Source of the DNA: Hanamia sp.
GTDB lineage: Bacteria > Bacteroidota > Bacteroidia > Chitinophagales > Chitinophagaceae
Length of the DNA stretch: 64,000 nt
Assembly: GCA_965276925.1 (NCBI GenBank)
Contig: OZ255711.1
Coordinates: 3,724,652-3,788,651, forward strand
Direction of reading: 5' to 3'
Numbering within the stretch: position 1 is the stretch's first letter; every line of letters starts with the position of its first letter. Shown piece after piece: positions 37,679-48,079 of the stretch. A program made the translations under genes and the position numbers. Under the pieces are notes generated by a model. That model had not been told where the DNA came from. It did no database searches and saw nothing but the letters and a program-made list of their open reading frames with translations.

Positions 37679-40489
37679 TTATTTATCGGGCCTTAAAATT
37701 CCTGTAACTACATTATTAGTTGTTAATAATAATTTCGCTGCATCCTGAATGTCTTTAGGCGTTAACGCATTCACATATTTTTCATAATGTATAAAGTAAT
37801 CAGGATTATCTCCCGGAAAATTAAAGCTTTGCAATTCTGAAAGCCATGTTCCGTTTTCTTTCATATTTACTTTATGTTCTTCTAACCATTCTTGTTTTAC
37901 TTTATCAAGATTTACTTTGGAAGGGCCGTTATTTATAAGATCTTGTATCTCTTTATTAGCGGCAAAAATAAGTGTATCCACCTTTTCCGGGCCGCAAGGC
38001 AACTGAAGGAAAAATGAATAATGCGGATACGGAAATTTCTCCACCCTTGCCTGCGTGCCGCCGCCATAAATGCCCTGAATTTTTTCTCTTAATTCTTCTA
38101 TGATCCTGATGTTTAAAATTTTACTTATTGCTTCAGCTTTCAATGCAAGCTCATCGCTGTAAGGCGCTTCACCACTGTATATGGCAAGTATCAGCGCCTT
38201 TTGCTCTTTGCCTTTATTTACATTTACTGTTGCCTTACCCTTTAGCGGCCTTACATTATTATCCGCAGTAAACGTATACCTTTTTATGTCAGAAGGAAGA
38301 GAGGCTATATATTTTGTAATTAAACTTTTAAGGGTATCATTATTAAAACTACCTACAAACGTAAAGTGCATTCCATTTGCATTGCCGAATCTTTCTTTAT
38401 ATATCTGCATGGCTCTGTCAACGTTTATCTTATCAAAATATTCTGGTTTTGGAATAGCAATTGGCGCCAGCGGATTGTTATTATATAATGTTTTATATAA
38501 GCTATCAACAAAAACAACCTGCGGATTAGCGCTTAAAAAAGCAAGCTGGGATTTATTTTTTTGAACAAAAGAATGGAACAAGCTGGTATCCATGCGCGGA
38601 GAAGTAAAGTATAAATAGGTAAGCTGCATCATGGATTCCAGGTCTTTTACGGAGCTGCTGCCGCTTATACCTTCTGCAATATTAGTGAAGGAAGGATTTA
38701 CTCTTACCGTTTTCCCGGAAAGCGTTTTTTGCAGATCAACCGGAGAAAAATTACCTACGCCCATGCTGGCAACCACCGCTGTTGCATATTCGGCATTATA
38801 TTTATCCGACAATCCATAATTATTTTTGCCGCCCGGCCTTATGGCGCTCATTACTATTTCATCATTTTTAAACTCAGTTGGTTTTAGGGTAACTGTAACG
38901 CCATTACTTAATGTAAGATCGGTTGTTCCTAATGTTGTATTTGTTTTGGCGCCGGTAATAGTTCCCGCCGTGGGAACAGAAGTTAAAAGCGTGGCAGAAA
39001 TTTCTTTTTCTTCGTAAGGTTTTATGTTCATTGCGTTAACAGAAGAAGCTATCGCCAGCAGATCTTCCTTCGTGGGCATTTGCCTGCCTGCAGCGGGTTC
39101 CGGGCCCAGCATAGCAATAAATTCATGTGTATTTTTATTAAGCTTTTTAGCAATATTATTTACATCATCAACGCTTATCTCAGGCAGCATTTCTTTATAA
39201 TATTCATACTCTTTTTGTATGCCTGGTATAGGTTCCTGTGTAGTAAAATTTCTTATATATTCTTCAGCATAATTAGCTGATTCAGTTTTATTTCTTTCAG
39301 CATACATGGTTTCCATGCCGGAAAGCATATCTTTTTTTTCACGCTCAAGTTCTGCTTTTGTAAACCCATATTTTTTTACCCTTTCCAATTCTTCTTCAAA
39401 AGCCTTTAATCCTTTTGTTGTATCGCTGTTACCGGTTCCTATGCTGGCGCTAAAAGATTCGTAACCTCTCGCAAAAGATTCAAAATCTGAAAAGGCATAT
39501 ACAAACGGAGGGTTCTCTTTTTGTGTAAGCTCTTTAAGTCTTTGGTTTAATATAGAGGTAAAGATTTCTTTTACCAGGTCATGCTTATAATCTTCAAGAG
39601 TCGTGTCAGGAGAAATTTTTTCTGCTGAATAATTTATAATTGTTGTATAGCCTGTAGCTTCTTTGTCCGTTACCACCTGCGCTTCATCTTTAGAATATGC
39701 CGGTACTTCCGGGTGTATTCTTGGCCTTTCATTTACAGGATTTTTTAAGCCTCCAAAATGTTGTTTTATTAAAGCTTCGGCTTTATCAATGTCAATGTCG
39801 CCCACCACTATCACTGCCATAAGATCGGGCCTGTACCAGTCTCTATAAAATCTTTTTACTGTAGCATAGTTTGCATTTTTCACTATACTGTCAAGGCCTA
39901 TAGGAAGCCTTTTGCCATACAATGATCCTGCAAAAATCTCGGGATAAATTTTCCTGTACATACGGTCGTTAGCGCCTTTGCCCAGCCGGCTTTCTTCCAA
40001 TACCACAGGCCTTTCTCCATCAATGTCTTCATTTTTATAAGTTACATTATGCGCCCAGTCTTCTAATATTTCAAAGCCCTTATCAATATTAGATGGCTTA
40101 TCAGTTGGTATAGGAAGTATGTAAATGGTTTGGTCAAAACTTGTATTTGCATTCAAATCATTTCCAAAGCCCACACCTATAGATTGCAGAAAAGAAACTA
40201 TATCATTTTTTTGAAAATGAGTGGTTCCGTTAAAAGCCATGTGCTCGCTCAAATGCGCCAGGCCTTGCTCATCCTCATCTTCCAGAACTGAACCGGCATT
40301 TACCACCAGCCGAAGCTCTACCTTTTGTTCAGGTTTTTTATTATTCCTTATATAATAAGTAAGACCGTTGCTTAGCTTGCCAATTTTTACGTCCGGGTCA
40401 ATGGGTAATTTATCAGTAAGATTTTGCTGTGCAAGAAGACAAGATGTTGAAAAAAAAAGTAAGAAGATGGTGAGCCTGAAACTTTTCAT
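37679..40489 (-). CDS. M16 family zinc protease (PqqL-like)
   Basis: Signal peptide, GKLSNGLTYY, the HLSEH inverted zinc motif, LNANTSFDQT and RFYRDWYRPD. Confidence 0.92.
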   Translation of the reverse strand: MKSFRLTIFLLFFSTSCLLAQQNLTDKLPIDPDVKIGKLSNGLTYYIRNNKKPEQKVELRLVVNAGSVLEDEDEQGLAHLSEHMAFNGTTHFQKNDIVSFLQSIGVGFGNDLNANTSFDQTIYILPIPTDKPSNIDKGFEILEDWAHNVTYKNEDIDGERPVVLEESRLGKGANDRMYRKIYPEIFAGSLYGKRLPIGLDSIVKNANYATVKRFYRDWYRPDLMAVIVVGDIDIDKAEALIKQHFGGLKNPVNERPRIHPEVPAYSKDEAQVVTDKEATGYTTIINYSAEKISPDTTLEDYKHDLVKEIFTSILNQRLKELTQKENPPFVYAFSDFESFARGYESFSASIGTGNSDTTKGLKAFEEELERVKKYGFTKAELEREKKDMLSGMETMYAERNKTESANYAEEYIRNFTTQEPIPGIQKEYEYYKEMLPEISVDDVNNIAKKLNKNTHEFIAMLGPEPAAGRQMPTKEDLLAIASSVNAMNIKPYEEKEISATLLTSVPTAGTITGAKTNTTLGTTDLTLSNGVTVTLKPTEFKNDEIVMSAIRPGGKNNYGLSDKYNAEYATAVVASMGVGNFSPVDLQKTLSGKTVRVNPSFTNIAEGISGSSSVKDLESMMQLTYLYFTSPRMDTSLFHSFVQKNKSQLAFLSANPQVVFVDSLYKTLYNNNPLAPIAIPKPEYFDKINVDRAMQIYKERFGNANGMHFTFVGSFNNDTLKSLITKYIASLPSDIKRYTFTADNNVRPLKGKATVNVNKGKEQKALILAIYSGEAPYSDELALKAEAISKILNIRIIEELREKIQGIYGGGTQARVEKFPYPHYSFFLQLPCGPEKVDTLIFAANKEIQDLINNGPSKVNLDKVKQEWLEEHKVNMKENGTWLSELQSFNFPGDNPDYFIHYEKYVNALTPKDIQDAAKLLLTTNNVVTGILRPDK

Positions 40490-40607
40490 AATTAAAATTT
40501 ATTTTTTTTCATTAGGCGCAAATATAAATACTAAAGCAAAAATTATTTTTAAAGAAAATAATATCTAATAAAATTATTAGGTGTTGGAAAGAATACTTAC
40601 AAAAAAA

Positions 40608-41501
40608 TTAATTTTTTGACAGTAAAGAAGTAAGGCATTTATGAAGGCTTACTTTCCAATCAGGAATTTGTATGTGTAGAGCTTCTTTTATTTTAGAAGT
40701 GTCTAAAACTGAATACTGTGGCCGCTTTGCGGGCGTTGGATATTGTGAGGAAGGTACTGGGTTAATATTACAAGCGCTGTTTACAAATTCTTTAATTGCT
40801 AACGCAAAATGATACCATGTAGTAACACCGCTGTTACTATAATTCATGATACCACTATACTCATTACCGCTTTGCATTTCATCTATAAATTTCAAGATAA
40901 CAACTGCAAGGTCTGCAGCATAAGTAGGGCTGCCCTGCTGGTCGCTCACCACATTCAGGCTTTCTTTTTCCTTAAAAAGGCGCAGCATTGTTTTTACAAA
41001 ATTGCTTCCATAGGTAGAATATACCCATGATGTTCTTATAACTAATACAGATGAATTATTTTTTATAGCGAGTTCTTCGCCACGCAACTTTGATAAGCCA
41101 TACACATTTAAAGGCGCTACAGCATTGGTTTCCTGCAAAGGTTTTTCAGCAGTTCCCTCATACACATAATCGGTTGAAATATGAATGAGCTTAGCATGGT
41201 GTTGTTTGCAAACAGTGGCCAAAACTCCCGCTGCATCAGCGTTTATTAGAAATGCTTTTTCTTTTTCGCTCTCTGCTTTATCTACTGCTGTGTAAGCGGC
41301 GCAGTTAATACAATAATTTGTCTGTTGCTTTTCAAAGAATTCTTTTACTGCAATCTCATCTTCTATTGCGAGCTCTTCTTTTGAAGTAAATAAAAAATTA
41401 TATGATGGAAATTGTGAGGCTATATTTCTTATTTCGCTCCCAAGCTGGCCACCAGCGCCGGTTACAAGAATAGTAGCAACAGAATGCTGAGGCAAAGCCA
41501 T
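40608..41501 (-). CDS. rfbD: dTDP-4-dehydrorhamnose reductase
   Basis: VTGAGGQLG, NCAAYTAVDKAE, HISTDYV, YGLSK and YPTPAKRP. Confidence 0.95.
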   Translation of the reverse strand: MALPQHSVATILVTGAGGQLGSEIRNIASQFPSYNFLFTSKEELAIEDEIAVKEFFEKQQTNYCINCAAYTAVDKAESEKEKAFLINADAAGVLATVCKQHHAKLIHISTDYVYEGTAEKPLQETNAVAPLNVYGLSKLRGEELAIKNNSSVLVIRTSWVYSTYGSNFVKTMLRLFKEKESLNVVSDQQGSPTYAADLAVVILKFIDEMQSGNEYSGIMNYSNSGVTTWYHFALAIKEFVNSACNINPVPSSQYPTPAKRPQYSVLDTSKIKEALHIQIPDWKVSLHKCLTSLLSKN

Positions 41502-41507
41502 AATTTT

Positions 41508-42068
41508 TTATTTTTTAAAAATAAAATTATGATTACAGTTTTGTAAGCTTGGAAGCAGCGCATCCTTTTCAGAAATTTTCGCTTTTTCTACAGGCACCTG
41601 CCAGTTTATTGCCAGTGCAGGGTCGTTCCATGCAATGCCACCTTCGCTTTCTTTATGATAAAATTCATCGCATTTATAAAAAACTTCTGCCACATCGCTT
41701 ATAACAGAATAGCCATGAGCGAAACCTTTTGGAACCAGCAATTGCTTTTTATTTTCTGCAGATAATGTTATTGTATATGCCTGCCCATAAGTTGGCGAGC
41801 CTTTTCTGAGGTCAACTGCTACATCAACAATGGCGCCGCTCAATACTCTTATTAACTTTGTTTGTGCATGGGGATCAAGCTGGTAATGCAAGCCTCTCAC
41901 AACGCCGAATGCAGAGCTGGCCTGGTTATCCTGGATAAATACGGTTTCAACAGCTTCCTTTGCCAAAGTATTTTTATTATAACTTTCAAAAAAATAACCC
42001 CTGTGGTCTTCAAAAACATTCGGCTCAAAAATTAATAATCCGGGAAACGGGGTTTTGGTTATAGGCAT
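41508..42068 (-). CDS. rfbC: dTDP-4-dehydrorhamnose 3,5-epimerase
   Basis: DHRGYFFE, QDNQA, RGLHYQ, VDLRKGSPT and KGFAHG. Confidence 0.95.
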   Translation of the reverse strand: MPITKTPFPGLLIFEPNVFEDHRGYFFESYNKNTLAKEAVETVFIQDNQASSAFGVVRGLHYQLDPHAQTKLIRVLSGAIVDVAVDLRKGSPTYGQAYTITLSAENKKQLLVPKGFAHGYSVISDVAEVFYKCDEFYHKESEGGIAWNDPALAINWQVPVEKAKISEKDALLPSLQNCNHNFIFKK

Positions 42069-42093
42069 TATAAAAATAAATTGGTTAAAACAA

Positions 42094-43083
42094 TTAGTGC
42101 GAATATAAGGCTTTGAAAAATTCTATAGTTTTCATAAGTCCTTCTTCGAATTTAATTTCAGGTTCATAATTAAGCAATTTTTTTGCCAGAGAAATATCTG
42201 CCAGTGAATTACGAACATCGCCGGAGCGCTGCTGGCGATGAACAGCATCAGCATTACTTTGTAAATAACTTTTTATTGAATTATATAAAAAATTTACAGA
42301 ATAATTTTCTCCTATGGCAACATTATATATTTTATTTTTCGCATCATCATTTTCCGTTAGCATTCCTTTAATGTTTATTTGCACCGCATTTTCTACATAG
42401 GTAAAATCACGGGTTTGCTCACCATCGCCATTTATAAAAACAGGCGTATTGCTCATAATGGCTTTAATAAAAATGGGTATTACTGCAGCATACGGACCAT
42501 CCGGGTCTTGCCGCGGGCCAAAAATATTAAAGTACCTGAAACCCAACACAGGCAAGCCATACAGCTTTGCAAATACATCTGCATAAAGTTCATTGGCCTT
42601 TTTGCTAACGGCATAAGGCGACAAACAATTCCCTGTTCTTTCTTCTTTTTTTGGTAAAGAAGGCTCATCGCCATACACGGATGATGAGGATGCATAAACA
42701 AACTGTTTTACCCGCTTTTCAACAGCAGCGTTTATGATATTCACAAAGCCGCCAACATTCACATCGTTAGTGTTGAAAGGTTCTTTTACAGAGCGGGGAA
42801 CAGAACCCAATGCTGCCTGGTGGCTTACATAATCAATACCTTCGCAGGCATGCCTGCATGTTTCAATGTTTCTTATATCGCCTTCAATAAATTCAAATGA
42901 CTTATACTGTTGTAAAATAGTAAGGTTGCTCTGAAAACCATTGGATAAATTATCCAGCACCTTCACTTTACCTGCCTTGTTTTTAAGCAAATATTCTGCA
43001 AGATGGCTTCCAATAAAACCCGCGCCGCCAGTGATTAAAAAGCTGCAATTGCTTATATCTTTTTTGTGATAAATATTATTCAA
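42094..43083 (-). CDS. UDP-HexNAc(A) 4-epimerase, WbpP/TviC-like SDR
   Basis: TGGAGFIGS, HQAALGSVPRS, YASSSSVYG, SPYAVSK and GPRQDPDGPYAAVIP. The likely start is TTG at 43083, just after the upstream stop. Confidence 0.88.
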   Translation of the reverse strand: MNNIYHKKDISNCSFLITGGAGFIGSHLAEYLLKNKAGKVKVLDNLSNGFQSNLTILQQYKSFEFIEGDIRNIETCRHACEGIDYVSHQAALGSVPRSVKEPFNTNDVNVGGFVNIINAAVEKRVKQFVYASSSSVYGDEPSLPKKEERTGNCLSPYAVSKKANELYADVFAKLYGLPVLGFRYFNIFGPRQDPDGPYAAVIPIFIKAIMSNTPVFINGDGEQTRDFTYVENAVQINIKGMLTENDDAKNKIYNVAIGENYSVNFLYNSIKSYLQSNADAVHRQQRSGDVRNSLADISLAKKLLNYEPEIKFEEGLMKTIEFFKALYSH

Positions 43084-43093
43084 AAATTTTTTT

Positions 43094-44383
43094 TTATAAA
43101 CTCCAGTATGTTCTTCCCGAGATTTTTCCACGATAAATCCCTTTGATGTCAGCAATCAATGCATCATCTTTTGTTACGCTTTTGAAATAGGTTTCATTCA
43201 TGTTTAAATAAGCAGCGTGAGGAACGGCAACGATCACAGCGTTATAATCATTATCAATATTTTTTGTAAGGCGAAACCCGTATTCATGGTGCAATTCATC
43301 GCTATCTGCGTGAGGATCTGTTACATGAACATTAAGGGAATAATTTTGTAATTCCTTTATTACATCGGCCACTTTAGAATTTCTGATGTCGCTTACGTTT
43401 TCTTTAAAAGTTGCACCCATTACCAGCACTTTAGATTTTTTTATATCACCATTATTTTTAATTATATGCTGCAAAACTTTCTTTGCAACATACGCTGCCA
43501 TTCCATCATTTATTGATCTTCCTGCAAGAATTACCTGCGCATCATAACCCAGTTTATTGGATTTATAAGTAAGATAATACGGATCAACGCCAATGCAGTG
43601 GCCGCCTACAAGCCCAGGCTGAAATCTTAAGAAATTCCATTTGGTGCCGGCAGCTTCCAGCACTTCAAAAGTATTTATGTTCATCTTATCAAAAATTATT
43701 GACAGCTCGTTCATTAAGGCAATGTTCAAATCGCGCTGTGTATTTTCAATGATCTTGGCTGCTTCCGCCACCTTAATAGATGATGCTTTATGCACACCAG
43801 CTTTAACCACTAATTCATATACTTTCGCAATGGTATCAAGACTTTCGGAATCGCATCCGCTCACCACTTTAACAATGCTGCCAAGTGTATGCTCTTTATC
43901 TCCGGGGTTTATTCTTTCGGGTGAGTAGCCCAACTTAAAATCTTTAATAACTTTTAACCCAGATAGTTTTTCTATAACCGGTAAACAATCTTCTTCTGTA
44001 CAGCCAGGATAAACAGTGCTCTCAAACACGACATAATCGCCGTTCTTCAGCACTTTACCAATGGTATCGCTCGCTTTTTGCACCGGAACAAGATCAGGAA
44101 TATTGTTGCTATCAACAGGAGTGGGCACGGCAACAATAAAAAAATTTGCCTGTTTTAAAATATCAAGACTGTTCGTAAATTCTATATCGCAATCCTTAAA
44201 GTCATCGGCTTTCAGCTCTTTGCTCGGGTCAATGCCTTTCTTCATTAGCTCAACTCTTTCTGCATTTATGTCAAAGCCAATTACAGAAATCTTTTTAGCA
44301 AATGCTAACGCAATAGGCAGCCCAACATAGCCAAGGCCAATAACTGCCAGCTTCTTTTTTTTTTCAATTAATTCAGTGTACAT
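43094..44383 (-). CDS. UDP-HexNAc 6-dehydrogenase, WbpO/TviB-like
   Basis: IGLGYVGLP, ESTVYPG.TE, YSPERINPGD, ENTQRD and GGHCIGVDPYY. Confidence 0.9.
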   Translation of the reverse strand: MYTELIEKKKKLAVIGLGYVGLPIALAFAKKISVIGFDINAERVELMKKGIDPSKELKADDFKDCDIEFTNSLDILKQANFFIVAVPTPVDSNNIPDLVPVQKASDTIGKVLKNGDYVVFESTVYPGCTEEDCLPVIEKLSGLKVIKDFKLGYSPERINPGDKEHTLGSIVKVVSGCDSESLDTIAKVYELVVKAGVHKASSIKVAEAAKIIENTQRDLNIALMNELSIIFDKMNINTFEVLEAAGTKWNFLRFQPGLVGGHCIGVDPYYLTYKSNKLGYDAQVILAGRSINDGMAAYVAKKVLQHIIKNNGDIKKSKVLVMGATFKENVSDIRNSKVADVIKELQNYSLNVHVTDPHADSDELHHEYGFRLTKNIDNDYNAVIVAVPHAAYLNMNETYFKSVTKDDALIADIKGIYRGKISGRTYWSL

Positions 44384-44432
44384 ACATTTTTATTGCGTTT
44401 CATTTAAGTAATAAAATCATCAATTCACCTGC

Positions 44433-45416
44433 TCATCTTTTACTTTCAAATTCTTTGGGAAGCTTAAATAGATCTTCCCGCGGCAAAGATTTGAAATAAT
44501 CATAAGTTATCTTCAAACCTTCTGCCCTATCCACTTTTGGCTCCCAGTTTAAGAGTTCTTTTGCCTTGGTGATATCCGGCTGGCGTTGCTTTGGATCATC
44601 CTGTGGTAATGGCTTATACACAATTTTTTGCTTTGTGCCTGTAAGTAAAATTATTTCTTCTGCAAAATCTTTCAATGAGATTTCTGTTGGGTTTCCAATG
44701 TTTACCGGCATTGAATAATCACTTAGTAATAATTTATAAATGCCCTCAATGAGATCATCTACATAACAAAAGCTTCTGGTTTGCGAGCCGTCGCCAAATA
44801 CAGTTAAGTCTTCACCGCGCAAAGCCTGCCCAATGAAAGCCGGCAAAGCCCTGCCATCATTTAGCCTCATGCGCGGGCCGTATGTATTAAATATTCTTAC
44901 AATTCTTGTTTCTAACCCATGAAAAGTATGATAAGCTGTTACAATCGCTTCCTGGAAACGCTTTGCTTCATCATACACGCCTCTTGGTCCTATCGGATTC
45001 ACATTCCCCCAATAATCTTCCTTTTGCGGATGTATCAAAGGATCTCCATATACCTCACTTGTTGAGGCAACCAGTATTCTTGCCTTCTTGGAAAGCGCAA
45101 GGCCAAGACAGTTGTGGGTTCCAAGCGAACCAACCTTTAATGTTTGTATAGGAATTTTTAAATAATCAATCGGGCTTGCAGGCGATGCAAAATGTAAAAT
45201 ATAATCGAGCCGCCCGGAAACATGAATAAATTTTGATACATCGCAATTATAAAATTCAAAGTTCTTTAGCTTAAATAAATGCTGAATATTTTTAAGATCA
45301 CCGGTTATAAGATTATCCATACCTATAACCTGCATACCTTCTGCAATGAATTTATCGCAAAGATGAGAACCCAGAAAACCTGCGGCACCTGTTATAAGAA
45401 TCCTTTTATCTGACAT
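44433..45416 (-). CDS. UDP-glucuronic acid decarboxylase family (UDP-xylose synthase)
   Basis: [30 protein letters not shown] and [10 protein letters not shown]. Confidence 0.9.
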   Translation of the reverse strand: MSDKRILITGAAGFLGSHLCDKFIAEGMQVIGMDNLITGDLKNIQHLFKLKNFEFYNCDVSKFIHVSGRLDYILHFASPASPIDYLKIPIQTLKVGSLGTHNCLGLALSKKARILVASTSEVYGDPLIHPQKEDYWGNVNPIGPRGVYDEAKRFQEAIVTAYHTFHGLETRIVRIFNTYGPRMRLNDGRALPAFIGQALRGEDLTVFGDGSQTRSFCYVDDLIEGIYKLLLSDYSMPVNIGNPTEISLKDFAEEIILLTGTKQKIVYKPLPQDDPKQRQPDITKAKELLNWEPKVDRAEGLKITYDYFKSLPREDLFKLPKEFESKR

Positions 45417-45492
45417 TAGTTATGATTGCTGTTACTGATTATTATATTGTCTGTTGCCCTTTTGTCCATCGTCAATTTTCAATTGCCCAATA

Positions 45493-46836
45493 CTATTTCC
45501 GAACCGCTCCTCTACCCACACTTTCATAATGAAATCCTTTCTCTTTCATCTGATATAATTCAAAAAGATTTCTTCCATCAAAGATCACTTTGCTTTTCAT
45601 CAGCGAAATCATCTTATTAAAATCTGGCGTTCTGAATTCGCTCCATTCGGTCGCAATAACCAACGCATCTGCATCATTCAGTGCATCATACTGGTTTTCT
45701 GCATAACTGATAACATCGCCTATTTGCCTTTTTACATTCGTCATGGCTTCCGGGTCAAAAGCAGTTACCGATGCTCCGGCTTTTATTAATTCATCAATAA
45801 TTTTTAAAGCAGGCGCTTCTCTTATGTCATCTGTATTTGGCTTAAAAGCAAGGCCCCATAAGGCTATGCGCTTTCCTTTTACATCGTTATTAAAGTAAGA
45901 AAATATTTTTGGCAATAAATGCACTTTTTGTTTTTCATTCACCTGCATTACGGCTTCCAGTATTTTAAAATCATAATCTGCATCTTTTGCAGACCTGGCA
46001 AGCGCCTGCACATCTTTCGGAAAACAGCTTCCGCCATAGCCAATGCCGGGAAATAAAAAACGCTTGCCAATGCGGTCATCACTGCCAATACCTCTGCGTA
46101 CCATATCCACATCCGCGCCCAGCTTTTCACAGAGCAGGGCTATTTCATTCATAAAAGAAATCTTTGCGGCAAGAAAAGCGTTAGCCGCATATTTGGTAAG
46201 CTCAGCCGATCTTTCATCCATATAAATTACAGGATTGCCCTGCCTTACAAATGGCGCATATAATTCTCCAAGCAGTTTTTTTGCCTTATCAGAATCAGTG
46301 CCAATGACCACGCGGTTAGGCTTCATAAAATCTTCAACCGCCACACCTTCCCGCAAAAATTCAGGGTTGCTTGCTACATCAAAAAGAGCTTCAGGATTTT
46401 CTATATTTCTTTTTTGCAAAGCTTGTATAACCGTATCATGCACACGAAGAGCGGTGCCTACAGGAACCGTGCTTTTATCAATGATGATCTTATAATCGTT
46501 TGGCTGCAGCAGGGCGCCAATGTCTTTTGCCACGCCCAGCACATATTGCAGGTCAGCGCTTCCATCTTCTGCAGGTGGTGTGGGCAATGCAAGAAAAATG
46601 ATCTGCGCATCTTTTATTCCTTCTTTAAGAGATGTGGTAAACCGCAAACGCTGTTCTTTTTCATTTCTCTCAAACAGTTTTTCAAGGCCGGGCTCGTATA
46701 TGGTTATTTTACCGGATGATAAGCTTTTTACTTTGCTTTCATCAATATCCACGCAGGTTACAAGGTTTCCGGTTTCGGCAAAGCAGGTTCCTGTTACAAG
46801 GCCTACATAGCCTGTTCCTATTACTGAAATGTTCAT
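45493..46836 (-). CDS. ugd: UDP-glucose 6-dehydrogenase
   Basis: IGTGYVGL, KSTVPVGT, SNPEFLREG, GYGGSCFPKD and FKPNTDDIREAP. Confidence 0.95.
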   Translation of the reverse strand: MNISVIGTGYVGLVTGTCFAETGNLVTCVDIDESKVKSLSSGKITIYEPGLEKLFERNEKEQRLRFTTSLKEGIKDAQIIFLALPTPPAEDGSADLQYVLGVAKDIGALLQPNDYKIIIDKSTVPVGTALRVHDTVIQALQKRNIENPEALFDVASNPEFLREGVAVEDFMKPNRVVIGTDSDKAKKLLGELYAPFVRQGNPVIYMDERSAELTKYAANAFLAAKISFMNEIALLCEKLGADVDMVRRGIGSDDRIGKRFLFPGIGYGGSCFPKDVQALARSAKDADYDFKILEAVMQVNEKQKVHLLPKIFSYFNNDVKGKRIALWGLAFKPNTDDIREAPALKIIDELIKAGASVTAFDPEAMTNVKRQIGDVISYAENQYDALNDADALVIATEWSEFRTPDFNKMISLMKSKVIFDGRNLFELYQMKEKGFHYESVGRGAVRK

Positions 46837-46838
46837 TT

Positions 46839-47969
46839 TTATTTATTAATAAATTCAATTACTTTTTCTGTTATAAAATTCAATTGTTCATTGTCAAGCT
46901 CAGTATGCATGGGCAAAGAAATTACTCTTTCGGTAAGCCAATCTGTTTTTTCAAGATTAAAATTATTGCCACCGAATGATGCAAACATTTTTTGCTTATG
47001 TGCCGGTACAGGATAATAAAGCATAGAAGGTATATCGTTTTTTGCTAAAAAATTTACAAGCCCGTTCCTGTCGGTGTTTTCAAGTATTAATGTGTATTGA
47101 TGAAAAACATGTTTACAATATGGAGCCCTGAAAGGTGTCGTGATCTTTGCATTTCCTGCAAAAGCCTTATCATAAAAATCAGCAGCCTTTCTGCGGGCGT
47201 CAATATAGCGGTCTAATAACGGTAACTTAATATTTAATATTGCCGCCTGAATTGCATCCAGCCTGGAATTGCATCCTACTACGTCATGATAATACTTTTC
47301 GCTTTGCCCATGATTAGCAATCATTTTTATTTTGGCAGCCAGCGCATCGTCATTGGTAAAAATGGCTCCTCCATCTCCATAGCAGCCAAGGTTTTTACTG
47401 GGGAAAAAAGAAGTACAGCCAATGGTACCAATGCTTCCGGCCTTTTTTATGTTGCCATCTTTATATACATAATCGCCACCAATAGATTGCGCAGCATCTT
47501 CAATTACATATAAATTATTTTCTTCTGCAATGGCCATTATTGCCTCCATATCCGCTGACTGACCATATAAATGTACAGGTACTATTGCCTTGGTTTTTGG
47601 CGTAATAGCTTTTTTTATCGCATCGGGGTCTACACAAAATGTTTGTGTATCTACCTCTACAAAAACTGGTTTTAATTTTAATAAAGCAATAACTTCTGTA
47701 GTAGCCACATAAGTAAATGAAGGGGTAATTACCTCATCGCCCGGTTGCAGATCAAGCGCCATCATAGCGATCTGCAGAGCATCAGTGCCATTGGCACAAG
47801 GTATCACATGCTTTACGCCAACATACTCAGATAAATTTTTTGCAAACGCTGAAACCTGCGGCCCGCCTATGAACACAGCGCTTTCTATTACCTCTTTCAC
47901 TGCAGCGTCTATTTCATTTTTTATTTTAAAATACTGCTGCTTCAGGTCCACCATTTGTATAGGAATCAT
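46839..47969 (-). CDS. DegT/DnrJ/EryC1/StrS PLP-dependent sugar aminotransferase
   Basis: NGTDAL, PVHLYGQ, EDAAQ, SFFPSKNLGCYGDGG and NSRLD. Confidence 0.93.
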   Translation of the reverse strand: MIPIQMVDLKQQYFKIKNEIDAAVKEVIESAVFIGGPQVSAFAKNLSEYVGVKHVIPCANGTDALQIAMMALDLQPGDEVITPSFTYVATTEVIALLKLKPVFVEVDTQTFCVDPDAIKKAITPKTKAIVPVHLYGQSADMEAIMAIAEENNLYVIEDAAQSIGGDYVYKDGNIKKAGSIGTIGCTSFFPSKNLGCYGDGGAIFTNDDALAAKIKMIANHGQSEKYYHDVVGCNSRLDAIQAAILNIKLPLLDRYIDARRKAADFYDKAFAGNAKITTPFRAPYCKHVFHQYTLILENTDRNGLVNFLAKNDIPSMLYYPVPAHKQKMFASFGGNNFNLEKTDWLTERVISLPMHTELDNEQLNFITEKVIEFINK

Positions 47970-48079
47970 AACTTTTATTTTAAAAGCGGCAAAGATAACA
48001 ATTGAAAAGACAAAGTGAATAGCGGTATTGTAATGAAAATTTATTTATAAGAAATAGATTTGCCCCCAAATAAAAAGCA

